Shown here: positions 10,387 to 20,600 of the stretch, piece by piece
Layout of the letters: each line of letters begins with the position of its first letter
How positions within the stretch are numbered: position 1 is the first letter of the stretch
DNA from: a virus
Taxonomy: Duplodnaviria; Caudoviricetes
Direction: 5' to 3' (one strand)
IMG/VR virus record: IMGVR_UViG_3300032335_000777
Coordinates: 45,984 to 109,983 of that record
DNA: 64,000 nucleotides
The notes under the pieces: generated by a model
What the model was told of the DNA's origin: nothing
Database searches by the model: none
Seen by the model: only the letters and a program-made list of their open reading frames with translations
Position numbers and translations under genes: made by a program

Positions 10387-13041
10387 TTACATAGATTTGA
10401 TTGCTTTTACAAGAGCTCCGTTTCTTTTACCACTTGATGATTTCTTAGCCATTTCTGCTGCTGTTTTTTCTTCAAGTTCTTTTTGAAGAGCCATGAGTTT
10501 ATATTGGTCAGAAGTCATATTTCCAAACGGTGTGTCAGAAGCTCCAGATCCTTGAGGAGCAAACTGAGCAAGAGGATTCATATTCATTGCTCTGAAGCGT
10601 GGATCAAATCTGTAATTGTAAAGATTCTCGTATGTCTGAAGGGCTCTGTTCTCAGCTTGATTCTGTAGATATTTAGCAGAAATAGAATTAAGAGCAGCCT
10701 GTGCTGTAGCCTTTGTATTAGAAAGAGCTTGTTGTTGTCTTACATACTGTTCGCCAAGAATTCCAAGATTTTGAGCACCAGCTTGATTTAGAAGATTTCT
10801 ATTTTCAGCAAACACCTTATCTCTCATAGATTGATTCAATCTAAACTGCTCACCAAGCACCTGTTGATTTGCTTGATACTTCTGTGCATTCAATGCAGCT
10901 AATGCAGCTGGATTATATCCAATCATTCTTTGAGCAGCTCTGTAATCAGCTTGGTTCTTATTGATAATGTCTTGAAGAGAAATATCATAAGGTGTGCTTA
11001 ATTGTGGTTGGAAAGTTTGTGCTTGTACAGGCTCTAATTGATTTTGAGCAAGAGCAAGCATCTCTCCAGATAGCTGACGTGGATCAAGAGCTTCTGCATC
11101 AGTTGGTCTCACGTAAGGTAAGATTTGATTAGCTATTGTCATCCAATCAAATTCTTCTTTAGTAGGCTTGGATTTTTGTTTAATTCCTGCCTTCTTAACA
11201 CTTTCAGGAACTTTAATTTCTAAACTTCCTGGTCCTCTTTGCATTTCTCTTTTAGCAAGTACATCAACCCCTGGTAAATCAATGTATTCTGGATAAGTCT
11301 CTAGTTGATTTTCTAACATATATCTAACTCCAGGTTCCAATGCTAAAGCATCTCTATATATCTTATCACTAATGTCTTCACCACCTTGAGCTTTCTTAAT
11401 AGAAGCTCCTTTCTTAGCTTGCTTCACTTTACCCTGTGCTAAATCATCAGCTACAAGATTATATTCTTCAGCAGTGTCATTGATAGCAGATTGTAGATCA
11501 GCTAGTTTTATTTTCTCATCAGCAATGTTCTTGAGCTTTTGATTTGCTCCAAGCATGTTTGCTTTGTATGATTCAAACTTGAGTAGGTCGTAAGGATTAT
11601 TAACATCTAGGTTGTCAAGTTCTGTAACAGCCTTATCAATAAGTTTATTTTGTTTCTGTTCAGTTTTAGATAGGTCAGCAACATAGTTTTTAAACTTCTT
11701 ACCTGCCGCTTTAGGAGCACCAATCATCTCAGCACCAAACTTTGGAACTTTTAAGTTACCATACACTGTAAGACTGTTTTCCCCATCTGATCCATTACGA
11801 AGTTGTAAAGCTGGTTCTCCTCTTTCCACTTCTACAGGACTATCACCATAAGTGATTCCAATACCTGTATTACCTTTTCCATCAGACTCATCGTGGGACT
11901 TACCTCTAAACATTACAGTTTCTCCTCCTTCAGGAAGATAAGGATTGTATGACATAGGTTCTGCATATCCACCCCAATGAGTTTCAAGATCACCACCCAT
12001 AGCAAACTTATCTCTTCCTGTATACATTGCACGTTCACTAGGAGGAGTGTAACTTTTCAAATGTCCACCTGCACGTAATGTATCCATTGTTGGATCAGGT
12101 TGTAACAATTGACTCAATTTGTAATTACCAAACTGATTAATTACTTGTGGATTTGCAATACCACCATCTCTCATATAAGAGGCGTTTGCTTGCTGAAGAG
12201 ATTGTGCTCCTTGACCAAGAGCACTTGCCATTACATTTTGATCAGTTATACCTTCGTACCGTTTTGTTTTCCTAACATTTCCGCTACCTACAAGATTACC
12301 AAGAGTTTGACCAGCAACCTTTCCAATCATTCCTCCAACTGGACCACCAAGTAATGTACCTGCTACACTTCCAATTCCAGCACCTACTCTTCCAGCACCA
12401 GTAACGCCATATCCTTTTGGACTTCCAAGTCCAGCAGTAACTTGTGCTAAAGCATCTCCACCACCTTGTTCTGCAAATTCATATACATCAGATAGTTGAC
12501 CCTGGACAGCATTTTTTCCTGTTGCCATTTTCATGAAGTCAGGATTAGTTTTAAACTGTGGAAGGTTTAATCCACCTTGAGCTTCTTCTAAATCTGTGTA
12601 AATAGTATTAGGAGCAAATGTATTTGCTATCTCTGTTCCATTCTTTGCAAGAGTGGTTCCTACACCATAAATTGGGAAGAACTCTTGTCCTGTATTAATA
12701 TTATCTTCTGGACGTACATATTTTTTCTGAACTTGCTCAGGACGTGTCATAGAAGCTTGAAGAGAAACATCACTCACACCAGCCATTTGTTGAGCCTTTA
12801 GCATGTTTTGTTTTTCATCCTTCATTTGTTGAATACCACCAACAACATCACCAACAGACTGAACTCCAGCAGCAAAGGCATTGCTTCCAGCAAGCTTATT
12901 CATCATTGCCATTGCTCCTCCTTGTTGGAGTTTCTTTACTTGTTTTCCATACTTAGCCATGAAAGACTCCTCTGTAGGAAACTTTTTATAAAACTCCTTC
13001 TCAGACTTAACACCTGCTATCTTTAAAATTTCAGCCTTCAT
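10387..13041 (-). CDS. Virion cargo protein with Gly-rich hydrophobic segment
   Basis: 884 aa; AGIGSVAGTLLGGPVGGMIG membrane-like segment, GKSH..G..VEVERGE motif, many hydrophobic-x-x-GG motifs, Gln/Ala-rich coiled C-terminus. Confidence 0.65.
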   Translation of the reverse strand: MKAEILKIAGVKSEKEFYKKFPTEESFMAKYGKQVKKLQQGGAMAMMNKLAGSNAFAAGVQSVGDVVGGIQQMKDEKQNMLKAQQMAGVSDVSLQASMTRPEQVQKKYVRPEDNINTGQEFFPIYGVGTTLAKNGTEIANTFAPNTIYTDLEEAQGGLNLPQFKTNPDFMKMATGKNAVQGQLSDVYEFAEQGGGDALAQVTAGLGSPKGYGVTGAGRVGAGIGSVAGTLLGGPVGGMIGKVAGQTLGNLVGSGNVRKTKRYEGITDQNVMASALGQGAQSLQQANASYMRDGGIANPQVINQFGNYKLSQLLQPDPTMDTLRAGGHLKSYTPPSERAMYTGRDKFAMGGDLETHWGGYAEPMSYNPYLPEGGETVMFRGKSHDESDGKGNTGIGITYGDSPVEVERGEPALQLRNGSDGENSLTVYGNLKVPKFGAEMIGAPKAAGKKFKNYVADLSKTEQKQNKLIDKAVTELDNLDVNNPYDLLKFESYKANMLGANQKLKNIADEKIKLADLQSAINDTAEEYNLVADDLAQGKVKQAKKGASIKKAQGGEDISDKIYRDALALEPGVRYMLENQLETYPEYIDLPGVDVLAKREMQRGPGSLEIKVPESVKKAGIKQKSKPTKEEFDWMTIANQILPYVRPTDAEALDPRQLSGEMLALAQNQLEPVQAQTFQPQLSTPYDISLQDIINKNQADYRAAQRMIGYNPAALAALNAQKYQANQQVLGEQFRLNQSMRDKVFAENRNLLNQAGAQNLGILGEQYVRQQQALSNTKATAQAALNSISAKYLQNQAENRALQTYENLYNYRFDPRFRAMNMNPLAQFAPQGSGASDTPFGNMTSDQYKLMALQKELEEKTAAEMAKKSSSGKRNGALVKAIKSM

Positions 13042-13042
13042 A

Positions 13043-16000
13043 TCAATTGTATTTATCCAGCCAGTTATCCTTGTCTGGGTTATTTGTAAAGTTAAGTAAT
13101 TGATTTAATTTTTTCATTGGTTGAGCATCTAATTGATTGATTCCCAATTTAGCAACAGGAAACTCTGTCACTTTCTTACCCTTGAATTTATAATTCTTTC
13201 CTGGCTTCATTAGCTTAGTGTCACCAGTGTCAGACACACCAAGAAGGGGTTCGTACACTCCTTGCATTGTTATGTTATTAGAATCTATTTCTACAGGCTT
13301 TCCCCAGTTGTCTGGATTCCAATATCCTCGATTATCTTTGGTCACTCCACCATTTTTAAAATTAGTATCGAAATCATAATCAGAAAAATCAAAATCAATA
13401 GTTTGTGGAGGACTAGAAATAGGAGCATTAGAAGATGCATCATAGACAGATCTTTTAACACCAAGTCTGTCTGCTATTGAATTTTTATTTAAATAGTCTT
13501 GAATTGCTTTATTTGTTGAACCTTTGGATATAGCAAACTTTGGTAATATTAAGCTATTAGCATATTCACTTTTGTTTATATAGGGTTTAGGAAGAGATTG
13601 TCCAGAAATACCTTCCAGCTCCTTAACTATTTGAGAAAGTTCAGATCTTACTAATTCAGGATTATTTATTCTGTCAGCAAATCCAAGTTCATTAGATTTG
13701 TCAAATCCAATAAGTCTTAGTTTTGAATCAGGATTATTTTTTAATTCACGGGCCATCATGTTAAGTGCCAATGGATAACTATCAGCTGATAAACTACGTG
13801 CTGGAAACATTACTCCATCTGGATTTTCATCGATGAATCTTGAAGCTTGACGAAGCATACTTCCCACATTATATCTGTCAGCAAACAAAGATGGCATTAG
13901 CTCATAAGCACCAGTTGAATTTGGTATTTGTGGAATAGTTGAAGCTGATGGAAGTCTTAAATTAGCATAAGTATCTATTATCTTATCACCAATATTTTTG
14001 TAAAATGGATATGAATAAAATTCATCACCCTCATCGCCCCATCCATAAGAATCTACATATAGTTTATTATCTACTTTTTTCAATGCTGGACGTTGTGACC
14101 ATTCTATATCAGCAGTAGTAGGGTCTACTCTATTTGTAGAAATATTTGTATAGTTTGGAGAAAAATCTGATACTTTTCCTAAATTAGGATATGTTCGAAA
14201 ATTTTCAAGTGCTGATAGTACATCTCCAGTAATTAGCTCTTCCGCCATTCGATTATTACTAAAAGAAGATATTGTATTAGAATAGCGTAATGCTAAATCT
14301 GGGTTGTTCCTTAATGTTTCTAAAGCAACTTTATTAGCTCCTTGTTTTTTTAGATTACTAATAAAATCATCGAGCTTAAAATCTGATAGCGTCTTTAGTT
14401 TATCATTTATAGAATTTAATTTATTTCTGACATCTGTTATACCAAGTGATTCAATTTCTTTAGCTTTTGCGCTAAGTTTTGTATATTTTTCACGAAGTGG
14501 ACCTAATTCATTAAGATTTGGATTTCTTAATTTTGATTCTAATTCAGCAATTTCTTTACCAAAGTTTCTAACATCTTTAACCTTATCAATATCTCTCAAT
14601 GCAGGAACATCTGCCACTGCAAGTTTTTCTAATTGTCTAGTGCGATCAATCTCCTTTATTGCATCTAATGTTTCATTTGTAACATTTGATATACTTTTAA
14701 GATGTGGGGCAACTGCTTTTCCAGCTGCAATTCCAATTGGTTTTGCAATTGGTGCTGTCATTAGAGGAACTAAACTAAATGTATCTAATGTATTAAATGT
14801 TCCTTCTAGATTTTGTTGATTAAATAATTCCTCTTTCGTAATTGGATTATATCCACCAAGTGATCCATACCCAGTTGGCGAAAATGCAGCAGCTCCAGTA
14901 ATACCAAGATCCAATAAAGTTTTACCTGCACCTTTTAGATTTTTAACAGGATCACCTGCAAATCTTATGGTGCCTGGAACTCCAGTTACTTCTGATGCAA
15001 CTTCTTGAACAGTTCTATAAGGTGTTGATATATCTTTAGCAGTTTGTCCTATCTTACCAGTTGTTGCAATTGCTCTAATACCTCTTCCTATTGGACCTTC
15101 ATCATTGATATATTTTTTTTGTTCAGGAGAAAGAGTTTGATAAAATGGATATTGTTGATCGTAAGGAGTTATGGTGACCTCAGGAAGTGGTTGACCTTCA
15201 TATATTTCTTCTCCACCATTCTGCATACTCTTTGGTTTCCAATCCAATCCATTCTGATAGAATCGCATTTCTCCACCATTCTGCTTCTTTTGTAAATCCA
15301 TAGATGGCATTCCTGCATATCTTCCAAATTGACCTACACTAGCTGGAGGTGCTGTAGGAAAGAAGGGAACATCAGAATATTGTTGAATAGCTTGTGTAGC
15401 ATCTGTACCACGACCCATGTAGGGTATAGACTGTAAAATATTAGATATAAGACTTGCATTAGTTTTTAGTCTTTTGTTTGCATAGCCAGCAGTAAGTAAT
15501 GGTCCTAAAAGTTTACCTGCTGTACCTACCTTTCCTAGAGGTAATGCTCCAAATATTTCAAGTTCTGTTTGAGGAGACATTCCAGTTTCTTGATATGATT
15601 TGTAAACATCATCCCAAGAACTCATTCCACTTGGATCAATTATTTCAAATATATTTTCTAAAGTAGAATCAACATTGCTTGCTGTTTTATTCTTTTGAAC
15701 GCCTTTTCCATTCTGTGCAGAAGCCATTGTCTTCTTTGCATACTTTCCTTTACTAGGAGCAGAACCAGCTGTACGTGCGTATGTGAATCCTACAGAACCA
15801 GGAATAGACATACCACCCATTGCCATTGGTAATTCTTCTTCGTCTGCTTTAGCAATAGTGTTCATTAAGTTGACAAAGTTTTTCTTACCCACTCTGTTTT
15901 CTAATCTTTTGAAAACTCTGTCTTTCCCCAAATTTTGTTTTGCTTTTTCAAAATCTGATTCTGTAAACTTTTGCCCCTTTGTAATATCATAAATGCCTTT

Positions 16001-16759
16001 ATCATACATTGTAAAACGAAGAGCATCTAAATCAGCTTTAAGTTCTTTTGGTTTTTGTGAATGCATGAAGTCTTCAAGAGCTCTTTTACTAGCTTCTCTC
16101 TGTTGAGAACCTTGTGGACCAGATAGAACAGGTTCTTTCATAGGAAGCATTGACTTCTTGAATATCTCTTGCTCTCTAGCACTCATTACGCCTGGACGTG
16201 TAGTTCCTTCACTCTCCATTGCACCAGCAATGTGTGCAAGCTCATGAGCTTCTACCATACCTCTATTTGTATCAATGTAGTCTAGTGGATTGATATTAAC
16301 TGTAGAAGAACTTCCATAAACTCCAGGTCTTGATTCAGATGGTTGTCTTGTGCTATATGTAATTGGATCAATATTCTGTAAACTCTCTAGTCTAATTTGT
16401 CTAGAAGCTGCTGCACTTGGAACACTTAAAGATTCATCTTTAGCAGATGGGGAGTATCCTGTAAGAAGTTGTCTTCTTGCATATTCAGGACTTTGAATCC
16501 ATGATTGATAAAACTCTACAGGATCTTTTGTTTGTAAATATGGAACAGTTGGAGAAATAACAGAAGGTGCTTGTCCAGTGATTTGTTCCATTGGTGAAAC
16601 TGGAATAAGATTGCCACCTCTTTGAAACTGTCCTCCCCATGCAGGAGAATAGTTTCTTCCTTTAGTGTTATATCCTAGTCCAACAAAGCCTTCAGAAAAG
16701 CTAACGTTTGAATCATTAGCGTTTTCTGCTTTCCCAAAGTTATCTAACCATCCTTTCAT
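13043..16759 (-). CDS. Modular virion-associated protein with zincin metallopeptidase domain
   Basis: 1238 aa; HELAH plus downstream ELKADL; modules separated by xxNGG/xxMGG motifs; C-terminal ITMQGV..PLLG..MKPG.Y.F.G..V.E.P domain. Confidence 0.6.
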   Translation of the reverse strand: MKGWLDNFGKAENANDSNVSFSEGFVGLGYNTKGRNYSPAWGGQFQRGGNLIPVSPMEQITGQAPSVISPTVPYLQTKDPVEFYQSWIQSPEYARRQLLTGYSPSAKDESLSVPSAAASRQIRLESLQNIDPITYSTRQPSESRPGVYGSSSTVNINPLDYIDTNRGMVEAHELAHIAGAMESEGTTRPGVMSAREQEIFKKSMLPMKEPVLSGPQGSQQREASKRALEDFMHSQKPKELKADLDALRFTMYDKGIYDITKGQKFTESDFEKAKQNLGKDRVFKRLENRVGKKNFVNLMNTIAKADEEELPMAMGGMSIPGSVGFTYARTAGSAPSKGKYAKKTMASAQNGKGVQKNKTASNVDSTLENIFEIIDPSGMSSWDDVYKSYQETGMSPQTELEIFGALPLGKVGTAGKLLGPLLTAGYANKRLKTNASLISNILQSIPYMGRGTDATQAIQQYSDVPFFPTAPPASVGQFGRYAGMPSMDLQKKQNGGEMRFYQNGLDWKPKSMQNGGEEIYEGQPLPEVTITPYDQQYPFYQTLSPEQKKYINDEGPIGRGIRAIATTGKIGQTAKDISTPYRTVQEVASEVTGVPGTIRFAGDPVKNLKGAGKTLLDLGITGAAAFSPTGYGSLGGYNPITKEELFNQQNLEGTFNTLDTFSLVPLMTAPIAKPIGIAAGKAVAPHLKSISNVTNETLDAIKEIDRTRQLEKLAVADVPALRDIDKVKDVRNFGKEIAELESKLRNPNLNELGPLREKYTKLSAKAKEIESLGITDVRNKLNSINDKLKTLSDFKLDDFISNLKKQGANKVALETLRNNPDLALRYSNTISSFSNNRMAEELITGDVLSALENFRTYPNLGKVSDFSPNYTNISTNRVDPTTADIEWSQRPALKKVDNKLYVDSYGWGDEGDEFYSYPFYKNIGDKIIDTYANLRLPSASTIPQIPNSTGAYELMPSLFADRYNVGSMLRQASRFIDENPDGVMFPARSLSADSYPLALNMMARELKNNPDSKLRLIGFDKSNELGFADRINNPELVRSELSQIVKELEGISGQSLPKPYINKSEYANSLILPKFAISKGSTNKAIQDYLNKNSIADRLGVKRSVYDASSNAPISSPPQTIDFDFSDYDFDTNFKNGGVTKDNRGYWNPDNWGKPVEIDSNNITMQGVYEPLLGVSDTGDTKLMKPGKNYKFKGKKVTEFPVAKLGINQLDAQPMKKLNQLLNFTNNPDKDNWLDKYN

Positions 16760-16760
16760 A

Positions 16761-17627
16761 TTACTTGTAACTTATTTGTGCTGCTCCAATAATGAATTGT
16801 GAAACTAAATGAGCATCTGATTTATTATCAAGAATGTGTCTGATTTTCAATTCTTTAGCTCTGAGAGGTTCTTTCTTAAATGATCTTGATCCATAGTCCA
16901 TGTTGATTTGATTCACTTCTTTATCAAGAGAAAGTGATTGACATGTTCTGACAAAGAGTGGTATGCTCTTGTCCTTCACTACAGACCAGAATGTATTGTA
17001 CTGATAGAAGTTATCACTCTTGGTAAATGTAATAGTCTTGCTTTCAGCATTTAATATAGGATATTGTAAGTAGGATTTCAAATTGTTTATTGGTTTTGGC
17101 ACAAGCTCAAGCACACCTGTTGATTGTTGTCCATTGTAAAGAACAGCTTTATTAAACCATGCATTGTCAAGTTCTATTCTTGATACATCATTTGACACAC
17201 CATAAGGATCACTAAAGTATTTGTACACCTTGGTATAGTCTTTTACATTCTGAAGAATCTCATCTTGGTATTGATATGCAAAAGGATATTCAATAATATA
17301 TGGTTCTATGTTTCCGTAGAATATATTATATATTGTATGGTTATTAAGATGTCTCCATACACAAGCTGTCTGAATAGTTTCTAAAGGAGTATTTTGATAT
17401 TGATTTTCTGTAATGGTAGTGACAGGGAATGATTTTTGGTACGCACACTTTCCTTCAGATGTAATTGTAATCAAATCAACACTATCATCTACAATGAAAC
17501 TAATGCCTGTAGTCACTTGTGAAAGTGTTACACCAGAGGCAATAACATTCCCAAACGCATCTGTGATGGTGAAAGGCCCTGCGTTAGGGCCTGTCTTTGT
17601 TAGCTTTATAGTGATTGTCTTTGACAT
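16761..17627 (-). CDS. C-terminal part of tail stabilization/muzzle protein with a small N-terminal beta domain
   Basis: VWRH..YNIFYG..PYIIEY and FNKAVLYNGQQSTG resemble the C-terminal region of crAss-like stabilization proteins. Confidence 0.6.
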   Translation of the reverse strand: MSKTITIKLTKTGPNAGPFTITDAFGNVIASGVTLSQVTTGISFIVDDSVDLITITSEGKCAYQKSFPVTTITENQYQNTPLETIQTACVWRHLNNHTIYNIFYGNIEPYIIEYPFAYQYQDEILQNVKDYTKVYKYFSDPYGVSNDVSRIELDNAWFNKAVLYNGQQSTGVLELVPKPINNLKSYLQYPILNAESKTITFTKSDNFYQYNTFWSVVKDKSIPLFVRTCQSLSLDKEVNQINMDYGSRSFKKEPLRAKELKIRHILDNKSDAHLVSQFIIGAAQISYK

Positions 17628-17640
17628 GTTATTTATTTAA

Positions 17641-20600
17641 TTACGAAGGTCCCTCAGTTGTAGTAGTTGTAGTAGTTGGTGGAGGGGAGCAATCACATTG
17701 TGGATCAAGACAACCAACACCTTGAGATAAGAATCCACAATCATCACTTATAACTTCAGTGACACATGCAGTGAAGCATAGTCCTTGATCTTCAGAAGGT
17801 ATGTTGTAAGTTATAGTTACACCATTTTCATTCTTGTATACAAATGTGCAACCACCAAATGGAGCTGATGTTAATATGTAACATTCAGATGGTATTTGAG
17901 TAGTTGATGTAGTTACTGTTGTACTTGTAGTTGTAGTGGTAATTGGATTTTGAGTGGTAGTTGTTGTAGTCGTGGTAGGTCCCTGAGTAGTTGTAGTTGT
18001 TGTAGTCGAAGGTGGAGTTGTGGTAGTTGTTGTGGTTGTAGTTCCACAAGTTCCAGCCAACACTTGAGTTATTTCATTTGTATAGTTTGTGTGTGTATTT
18101 GATTGCAAATAATACAAAGTACTCAAATTACCATTTATATAATAGAAGCCATTTGCATAATTTGTAAATGACCAGAATGGTTGAGGATTGGTGGTATTAC
18201 AATTTACATCTACATCGTATATCAAGAATGTATATTGAAGAGTAGTAGTTGTAGTTGTAGTTGTGGTAGGAATGCCTGTAGTGGTAGTTGTACTAGTTGA
18301 GCTAGTTGTTGTAGTTGTAGTTGGTGGTATAGCTGTAGTTGTTGTAGTGGTTGTAGAACTTGTCGTACTAGTAGTTGACGTAGTGCTAGTGGTTGACGTA
18401 GATGTTGTACTAGTGGTCGTACTAGTAGTTGATGTGGACGTGGAGGTTGTAGAAGTTGTAGAAGTTGATGTCGTACTTGTTGATGTTGTAGTGGTAGTAG
18501 TTGGATTAGGAACCAATGTTCCCACTAAGAAATCAAACTCTTCACAGCAATTATTTTGTCCAGAATAGAAGAAGTTATTCTCTGCAATATAGAAGTTTGG
18601 AAGATAGCTGTGGAAGCTTATCCAACTCTTTGTATTCATGTTGAAAGACAATGTCCATGATACATTGCAGAAGTATTCTTCATCACTAAGACTAACATCT
18701 TGTCTTATGGTTAGACCATTAACAACATTATTGATGTAGAAACTTTGTTCCACTGGATCATATAGAATGTTATTTGACTTTGGTGCATAATCAAGTTTTG
18801 TAATAATCACTCTATCATACACAGCATCATACACACCATGTAGTCCTATTCCCTTGAAGTGATTGTCAATTTTCACATCTGGGAAGTTATTATCAATCAT
18901 GAATGGTAGATGCTCAACAAAGAATCTGTTCATTCCTGATCCAAACCCAGACAAGTCAGTCACTTGTGTTCCCTGAATCAAGAACACTTGTCCTCTCTTT
19001 GCATCTATTGTAATTTGACCTTGAGGAATCTTTAGAAGCATCTTGTGTTGACTTCCTACATATCCAAGATCAGTTTCAGCAAAGTCAATTGGAGGAGCAC
19101 CTCTAAATAATAATGGATTACCTACATAAGCAGCTTGAGGGTTGCTTGTGTCGATAGTCAATAGATTATTGTATAATAATGACTTATTGTCAAATCTGGC
19201 TAGAATAGCTTTGTTTTGTATACCATCTAAGCTTACAAGATTTCCATAGTTCTGTGGGAAATCAAAGTAAGAAATAGCTCTATAGATAAGCCAGTTGTTT
19301 ATTCTATTGTCAGCATCAATGTTCTGGGCATCAGAATAGATTGTTCTGAATGGATAGTTTGTAAAACAAAGTCTTGCTTCCCAATCAGGAGGCAAATGAG
19401 TGAACGTATTCTCTTTGTTTTGCTTAGAGAATGTGGTGTTATAGAAGTAGGTGTTGTCTTGTGCAATAGGCACAAAACTTTCCTGAACCCAATCATCTGG
19501 AATGTCTGTACTAACATGTGGCCAGAATTCTCCTTCTCTATTGTTGAATGCTTGTCTTAAATCAAGGTTGTAAGAACTCTCGCAATAGAAGTTTGGAATA
19601 CCATAGGCAAACAGATAGAAGTAACCATCATAATATGTAATGGTTGAGCTTGGTGTCACTGCTCCAGATCCACCTGGAGGGAATGTTGTACTACTAGTAG
19701 TGGTGGTGGATGTAGATATAATCACATCTGTTCCCACTTCATTAGGACAGTCAAAGTTATGTGCTTTGTAAGAAATGATGTTTGCCATCACTCCTTGTCC
19801 AGGAATGCTGTAGTTCTCGAGAATTGATCTTGCAGAGTGCCAGTATCTAGGATAGGCAACATTACCTATCTCATCATAGAAGATGTCACTATCATCTGGA
19901 GCATTCACTCTATTGTCAATAAAGAATGGAAGCTTTGTTTTGAATGCGAACCTGCTAATAAATGTATCACCACCAAACACTGTAGTGGTTGGATTAGGTG
20001 AGTTAATTATGTATTGATAACCTGTATCAATTGTTTCGTATGAATAGATTTGTCCCCACTGATTGATGATTATATCTTTCAGTGATGCATAATATGAAAC
20101 AACCTGTATAGGTTCTTCTTTAGCTGGTGTTGAGCAGTTTCCTATTTCTGAAATAGTGAATCTTGATCTGTCTGAAACAATACTTGTTATTCCAGAAAGC
20201 ATGTTTGGACTCTGGTTAGGATAGGGAAGAGCTGTAGTGTCTATGTTTGTTTTTACAAAAACAGAGCTTTCTCTGTTCCAGTTGTTGATTGGAAGATCAT
20301 CACCAAGAGCTTGTACACCTGGGATTAAGTATCTAGATATATCAAGTTCTCTTTGTTTGATTCCTTGATTATCAGGAACACCTACACCATAGTTATAATC
20401 AGCAATAGAATTAAATGAGTATGCGTAGTTTCTTCTAGTGATACCATTAACGTAGATGGTCAAATAAGACTGATATGCAGTGAACATGGCTGTCGCACTG
20501 AATGGTGTAGTGATACCTCCAAGTCTAGCAGAACTATCAAGAGCAGCCTTCTGTGCAGCTTCAGTGAGCAGTTTGTATTTGGCATTATCCCTCACCTCTA

